A stretch of DNA of 64,000 nucleotides, from contig CT867985.1 of assembly GCA_000165425.1 (NCBI GenBank), positions 434,001-498,000 of the forward strand. The letters run 5' to 3'. This document shows, piece after piece, positions 56,901-64,000 of this stretch; the first letter of the stretch is position 1; the number at the start of each line of letters is the position of its first letter. Position numbers and translations under genes: made by a program. This DNA comes from Paramecium tetraurelia (lineage: Eukaryota). The notes beneath the pieces are model-generated. The model had not been told where the DNA came from, did not search any database, and saw only the letters and a program-made list of their open reading frames with translations.

Positions 56901-57826
56901 TCAGCATTTTAATCAAGTTATGGATCCTCATTGTTTATCTATTGATCATTTGCTTACATAATTTGCTACTTTTCAGGTTCATCGTAATTTCCTTATTAAT
57001 CATAATTTTCATAGTAATGTTACTCATCTGAGGCATTACTAGTGTGGTCCATTTAATCAAATTAATTTGACTCTGACCTGCCTTCATTTACTGTTTCTTC
57101 ATAATTTTATGTATCAAGTTAATCATTTTCATAATCTTAATGATCTTCAAGATCTTAGGGTACTTGATTCTAATGTATCGCATCTATTTACTCTTGATTA
57201 TTAATTATTACTTATTACTAAGTGTCTTCTTACTGCACTTTAGGTTGTTGTTATGAAATCTATTTTTATTTTGTGGGTTATGCATCTTTATTTTAAGGAG
57301 ATGGTTTACGGCTTGAAGAGTTGCTATTTGCTGTCTTATTTAATTTGTTCATAACACTTGGACGATGTCCTTATAAAAGATTCTCCTTCTTTTAATCTGG
57401 TTTTTATTTTTATGTCCCATGTTTTAAATATTATGGTTAATTACTGATAAGAGTTTATTTTTACTTAAACTCACTTGAATTTTTTGGTCTCCCATCATCT
57501 ATTTTAGAAGTTATCTACTTTGAGGATACCTTTTGCTTAATAGTTAGTTAGCCCTTAACAATTATTTATTCCACTACTTTTGCTGGCGATGATTCTTTAC
57601 TCGCAATTTTCTTTGTAGATAAATCTGGAATATTTGAAGATGAAGATGTTCTACTCCCCTACCTTGACTTTTATAAAGGTTTTTAAAGAGTGGTATTTGA
57701 TCCCTTATTAATGTTGTTAGACGAATTTTCCCGACTTAATTTAGGAGGATTTTAGGATTCATTAGAAGGCTATGTAATTTTTTATTGCGATGCTGATTTT
57801 GAACTTTTAGAAGGAGGCTTTAACAT
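50921..57826 (-). CDS. giant (~2300 aa) Q/E/D/N-rich low-complexity protein
   Basis: Start ATG (MLKPPSKSSKSASQQ) and TGA 50921-50923 share a frame. Basic S/P/K-rich N-terminus, acidic core, coiled-coil C-terminus; possible 21-nt intron near 51284-51304. Confidence 0.85.
52640..53600 (-). repeat. coding minisatellite of degenerate 21-nt units (DHQEQDE-like) with a 42-nt triplication
   Basis: Recurrent tcttaatgatc...catcttgc units on the + strand; three near-identical 42-nt copies at ~52891-53016 encoding DETPLQQDNDHQEQ. Confidence 0.9.
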
Positions 57827-57871
57827 TTTTATAAATTTTATAAAATTTAATATATTTATAATGTAAATTCT

Positions 57872-59294
57872 TCAATAAAACCTTTAGGATGTATATCCTT
57901 AATTCATCAACTAAGTATTATTAAAATTCGGATAAGCGGATTAAATTTAAAGTGTTTAAGGATAGCCTTAATATTTGTTAGGCTAAACTAATTAAGTTTG
58001 TTTGAACGGTTATTATTGACCATAAATTTATTACGGGTAGCCGCTGTAAAGTAATGGGTTTTAGATTTACTACTGTGGAACCTGTTAGAGAGGCTAATTT
58101 TATACTTATGGATAGCCATAAGACTGCTCCAATCCTGGATGTTGTTAAATAATTGAGGACTAATATTAATCCTTTACTTCAATGTTGCCCTAAACTTTAG
58201 AACTTTAATATAAATTTGTTTGAGGAACTTGAGAATTCTGAGATTTTACCGTTAAGACTTTGCTCTGAATAATGTCAGGGGATGCAAGCTTATGAATTTC
58301 AAGAAACTCTGGCAAATCTTAATGAACTACATTTACAATCTCTGCAATTTGTGAACTAAGTTATGAGCTAATAGTTGATTTGATAAATAAATTACGATTT
58401 AAAAGAATTAAAAGATATCAATGATGAAGTATCTTTAAATCTGGTCTAAAATTATTAGGCTGCTTAAAGATATAAATTATTATCTTGTTAAGTTGTAGAT
58501 AGTAGGTATGGCAGTAGAGAATACATGCAATCTGGTTATTTTAATTTATCTAGGAAATTGTGATGAGAATCCAATCTTGCTTATAAAGTTGATATAAAGG
58601 CCTTTCCATCACGATTGAAGTTATCGTAGTTCTTTCTCTATTTGTTCTCCAATTCAATTTCTAATGCATTGAAATACTGCTCTACTATATTTATTATTCT
58701 TTTTTTAACTTCCTTTAAGTTATATACAGTTTCTTAAGTAGATGAATATGCTTGAGATATAGATTTTTAAATATCTGATTTTGCATCTGCCAATTAATTT
58801 GCTTAATATTTTCTATCGAATATACCTTGTTAACAGACATCTTGGTGAACAGCAGTCAATATATTCTCCAAACATTCAAGTCTAGGGTATGACTTAAATT
58901 CTGAGTGTTCATACACGTGTTCTTTCACGCATTCTGGACATAATGGCAATAGACATTCCTTGCATTTACAAAAATTTGTTAGTGTCTATCCTTAATGATT
59001 AAAACAAATAATCTAGTCTCTATTATATAATGTACTTTTGGCATATTTTATGCTGTAAAAACAAAAGGAGTTGTTCTATTATTACACCGTTATTCATCCC
59101 ATGAGGATTCAGAATTGTATTATTGAACTTGAGGTCTAAAAGACGATTGCTATTAATTCTATTATTTATCAAGTTATTTTTCCTTCCCATATAATTTATG
59201 ATACATATTAAAATTTTGAGGACTCCATGAATTCAGGATTCAGATCTTGTTAATTTAAGTAATTGTTCTTCTTACCCAAAGATGTTTCTGACAT
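57872..59294 (-). CDS. B-box zinc-finger/coiled-coil protein
   Basis: CFNHQGQTLTNFCKCKECLLPLCPECVKEHVYEH followed by a coiled coil; introns of 22 and 23 nt near the 5' end; ends YTSQRFY*. Confidence 0.8.
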
Positions 59295-59602
59295 GACAGT
59301 TAAAAATAATTATAATGTTTTCAAAATATAAATTAATTACTATCAATAAACATATTAAGGTGTATGTATCAGTTTGAGAATAATCAAATATTTGAATAAT
59401 AATACTTTAAATTAACTTACTTAAGGATATATATCAAAATATATATACAATATTTCTAATTAATAATAAATAATTATATCTATTTTAATTGATATCAAAA
59501 GCATTTCTACTAGAAAATAATTTTAATACAGCTAGATGCTATATTATTAATGATGTGGATTATAAATTTGTATTTAGAAACTAAAATGTATGAAATAATT
59601 CA

Positions 59603-62600
59603 TCATAAAATCGTAAACTATAACTCCTCAAATGCTTTCTTATGGCTTTCTTATTTAATATGTTGATTGTAAGCTTATTCATTACCTTCAAAATATCCCT
59701 TTTCATCATATCTTTATTCTACATAGCAACATTTGCATGTAAACTTCAAATTCTACAATTTTCGCTATTAAACAGCCTAAAAATTAATATAAATTGAATA
59801 CCAAATTTTCTTTCTTTTTAATCTCATCAATAGTTAACTTTCGAAATATAAATTTCTCCTCTTCCATACTTGTATAAACTAATTTCAATTTTTAATCGAT
59901 TATGTAAAATTTCTAAATATCTCCTATTTGCACTATTTCTTTAAATTGCTTAATCTTAGGATAGAAGCCAACAATGTGTTTACCAGAATTACAGGTTATG
60001 AACACATAATTGATTGGTTCAAAAATTAGTTTGAGTTTTTCAAAGATGCTCTAAATTCTTTGATCTGACAGAAACTCCTTAATTTAATCCACCTTCATTG
60101 AGATATTGAAATAATCACCAAAAGAACTTACATCCAAAATCATGACCATCCTCTTAGCCCAGTCCAAGGAATCATTATCTAATTATCGTCTAATATCTGG
60201 ATCTTCTGATATATATGATAGTCCATTTGTTCTACCAACAGTCATATAATCATTGCATTCCAAACAACAAATCTGAGTGGTGTTACCCATTCTTAAAAAG
60301 AAATTCTACTTCTTTATTGTATTGACTATGTTTTATTTCCAAGTCTGGTATAATTATTGAATTTGAACATATATTTTAATTCCCTCATTATCAAATTGCT
60401 TAGGTACTTCAGAATCATAATCTGTTCTTATGATTTAGATGGGATTCATATAATCTAAACTATCAGCCTTCTGTTCTTCCAATTCAAAGTGTTAGATTCT
60501 CTTTCTTTTCTACTTATTTTCACTTGATTCTTAAAATGATAGGATTTCATCTTTCAATTCAATATCAAATAATTATTTCCATCTTTCTTCTGAAGTATAT
60601 AATATTTTCTATCTCACCTTATCCAACTATCTTATCTTTTACCAAATTCCGCTATCTGTATAACTCTATTCTAAAATCTATAATTTTATTTATTGTCTTA
60701 TTGAATTAATGGTTTACAAATCATCCTCTGTAATAAAATAATCAAATTAGTAGTCTCTGTCATCAACCTTTGCCTTTATAAAGTGTGTCTTAGTGTTATT
60801 ATGAAAGAGTTTCACCTGTACTCCAAATAGCATAGCCAATATTTATGACCATAACAAATACTTATTTTAATCTATCGAAATCACTTGTCTTGTGGAATTT
60901 CTTTTATTTGAATCCTTCTCTTGAACTTCATAAGCTACTAAGACTTTATTTTAGTCCAATGAGATAAAATTTATGCTGTCAGGATCACAATTAATTTCTT
61001 TATGCAAATGAATCAATCTACAATAACATCCGTAGAATATCAAAGATTAAGTTGTTTCTATGAAATTAATGATATCAACTTAATTGCTTGTTGTGAAAGT
61101 TTCCCAAGGGATCTTTTAAGGCTATTTTCTACTTTATTATCTTTTCATTAATTCACATTCATGCATAAGTCTTTTTAATACATATTTCAGTTTAGTCAAG
61201 TCCACCTCTTTGAATTCTATTATTATTGTATTATTTAATAGAACAACACTTTAAACCCAACTCTTAGTAAATTTTGATTTTGCCTTTATTTCTGTTAGCA
61301 ATTACAAATCCGATCTGAAATGAAATCTGGGTAATCCCTATCTACCCTAAGCCTATTCATCATGATATGCCAATATGTCTTTCAATTGGTCATCTAACCT
61401 TTTTTAATTTCTATCTAATTAATGGAAATCACAAAATTATTCCATTATCATAGCAATCTTCTCCTTTATCATCTCTTTATTCTAAATATTTACTCCATCA
61501 AATTTAATATTATCACTCTCTAACATTATTGTACGGGTGTAATCAAATCCTTAATCTTTCAAATACTTTATTTTTTTATCAAATCTCTCATCTTTTGATA
61601 ATCTTAATGTATTTTATTTAAAAGCAGCACAAAAGGCACTCTTAACTTTAAGTTAGTTTTCTGGATTATTCAAATCGAGAGGCTCATTCTTAAATTACTG
61701 ATCTAATCTCATGAATAATTCATATTTCACATTTAATATTTCTCTCATGTTCTTTGGATCAATAGATCTCTAATCACAATATAATTTTTCTAAAGGTCCT
61801 ATATTTTTATTTGTAAATCTCTTTAATTCCCTCTTTAAATCATGTTGAGTGATTGTTGATTTAAGAATATTAAAAAACTTAATTTCCCATTCCTAATAAA
61901 CTCTTAATTGTATAAGTAGATCATCCTCATTGCCTTTGTCATAGAGATATAAGGAATTGAAGAACAACTTTTAAGATCTCATAAAATGATGTAAAAAGTA
62001 ATTCTTCCTTTAACTCAATATGGCTGCTATGGTGACTCCTTCATATGCACATCCAATTATGTTACAATACATAATGAATCTTGTTAAGAAGATATCAATG
62101 GGCATATCACCCATCATTTATCCCAACCTAGTTATATGGATGGTTGAATCTTGAGAGTTTGGATAAGAGAGAGCCCCTAACATTTAGAGATTGGAGATGG
62201 CATTCTCAATTTATTTAGTGCTTGGAGGGTCAATAGCAGTTTTAAGAGTGCGACTGGGATCATTGAAAACCTACTTTAAATCAACAATTGTATTAAGTTC
62301 TAATTTCTCAGTTTTATTTTCATTTTCCATGGATAGTTGATATAATTTCTTCAGTCTCAATATAATAATTTCTAAGGGACATCTCAACATCTCACAAACA
62401 GAATATTGTGTCATTTTATTTTTAAATATGGTTTAAGGTATCAAACGAAAACAAGTTCCAGGGAATAAACGTCCAGTCCTTCCCTTTCTTTGATCAGCAG
62501 ATGCTTTAGAACAGTATTACAATGCTAACTTTTCTGTTAGATTCTTAGGATTGTATATAATTTCTTTGGTTAAACAGAAATCAATAACAAATCTACAATC

Positions 62601-64000
62601 CGGAACAGTAATACTACTTTCAGCCACATTTGTGCTTAATATTAATCTTCTTTTTCTCTTGTGAGTCTCATCAAACTCTTTAGGGATAGTGACAGTGCTA
62701 TGTAGTATGATAATGATGAATCTCTCTTCCCCAAATTTTTGATAGATCTCTTCTCTAATATCCATGATTTCTTAATATCCAGGAAGGAAAATCAAGATAG
62801 CCCCAGCTCCTTACATGCCTATAGTATCTTTAATTTTATTGGAGTCTAAGAATTCTAGTATTTATAACATGGCTTAGACACTATCCTATTGAACCTTAGG
62901 AGTATCTTAAAAGTATAATGAGGTTTGAAATCTTAAAGGTTGATGGAGTTCTAATTTCGCAGTGTCAGCATCATTGAAATATGAATGTATTTCTTCCATA
63001 TAATAAGTTTCAATAGGGTATTTCTAAGACATAGGGACTTTAATAATAGGTGCAGCTTGGTCTTCATCTCCATCCAAGAAATGCTATCCTAATTCTCTTA
63101 ATTCATTCTACTTCTACTCTAATTCTCTCTATTCTTAGGTTAATTGAACTTATCTCTCGATTTCTTTCCATGGTTGACCCCATTGCGTGGAAATGTCATG
63201 ATCTTCTTCCCCTTCAAATTTGATGGATATTTCTACATCATTTTCTTATGTCATATCTGTAAACTTGTACTTTCTATCTACTCTTTGTATATATGTTAGA
63301 TCATCAACCAAATTAAGTGATTTTTTGGAAAAATAGTTAGCAAATTTATCACTGCAGATAGTTGCAGACATCAAAATCAATTTAGTTTCTGGAAAATGCT
63401 TCAATAGATTTTTGATTATGATTAGACAAAAGTCTATGTCAATGTCTCTTTCATGGACTTCATCCATTATAATGTGAGTATAATCTTTCAAGACTTGTTC
63501 TCTGTCATGCACTAATTTTTATAGAAATATTCCTGTGGTTACAAATTAGATTTAGGTTTGTCTAGAACTTATTTGTGAATCCATCCCAACCTAATAGCCA
63601 ACAAGAGTGCCTAATTAACAATCTAACTCCTATGCCACTCTTTTGGCCAATGATTTAGCAGCCAATCTTCTTGGTTGAGTACATAGAATATTCACTGTTT
63701 TTGGTGTTTCGAATTCTGTGTTTGTATGATGCCTCAAAATCATCTGTGGCACTTAGGTTGATTTACCACAACCTGTCCCTCCTGTAATCACAATGACTTA
63801 ATTATTCTGCATTTCTTCCAGAATTTTGTTACTCACATTATATATAGGCAACGCTTTTCGTTCTCTTTCTGTCAGTGGTTTTATAACTCTTTTCCTCAGA
63901 TGAGTCGATTATGATATCTAGGCCTCTTGTTGTTATTATAATGGAATATAATCGCCAAGATTATCATCTTAAGTTCTCACCTTTTTCCTTACTATATCCT
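59603..64000 (-). CDS. DExH/RHA RNA helicase, Spindle-E/TDRD9-like (5' end lies outside the window)
   Basis: GGTGCGKSTQVPQ, CTQPRRLAA, MDEVHER, LMSAT, LIFLPG, ILSTNVAESSITVPDCRFVIDFCLTK, QRKGRTGR, HA2 region; intron near 59777-59801; TGA 59603-59605. Confidence 0.92.

Overview
Very AT-rich, gene-dense eukaryotic DNA with the hallmarks of a Paramecium-type ciliate macronuclear chromosome. TAA/TAG read as Gln (translation table 6), TGA is the only stop, introns are about 21-31 nt GT..AG, and intergenic gaps are often 35-150 nt. The supplied standard-code ORF track is therefore fragmented or in the wrong frame, so I re-translated by hand. About 30 protein genes and one tRNA-Cys(GCA) are supported. 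Recognisable products: UTP13/TBL3, BuGZ/ZNF207, an importin-alpha-like protein, a large Cys-rich multi-TM surface protein, XMAP215/TOG, a Ser/Thr kinase, asparagine synthetase, an SP-RING (PIAS/SIZ) SUMO ligase, prenylcysteine oxidase, a CRAL-TRIO protein, RPS30, DNase II, a SHIPPO/ODF3-repeat protein, RPS29, a myristoylated pseudokinase, a ~2300-aa acidic repeat protein, a B-box protein, and a 5'-truncated Spindle-E/TDRD9-like DExH helicase. The most notable items are the helicase's C-terminus (a putative Yippee/RIG-I-CTD-like Zn module plus a U1/JAZ-type zinc finger, no recognisable Tudor domain), a tRNA with paired non-canonical D-loop/T-loop bases, a weak CENP-C-like candidate, and several decayed gene relics. 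No CRISPR array, rRNA or transposon was seen. All family calls come from recalled motifs, not database searches.
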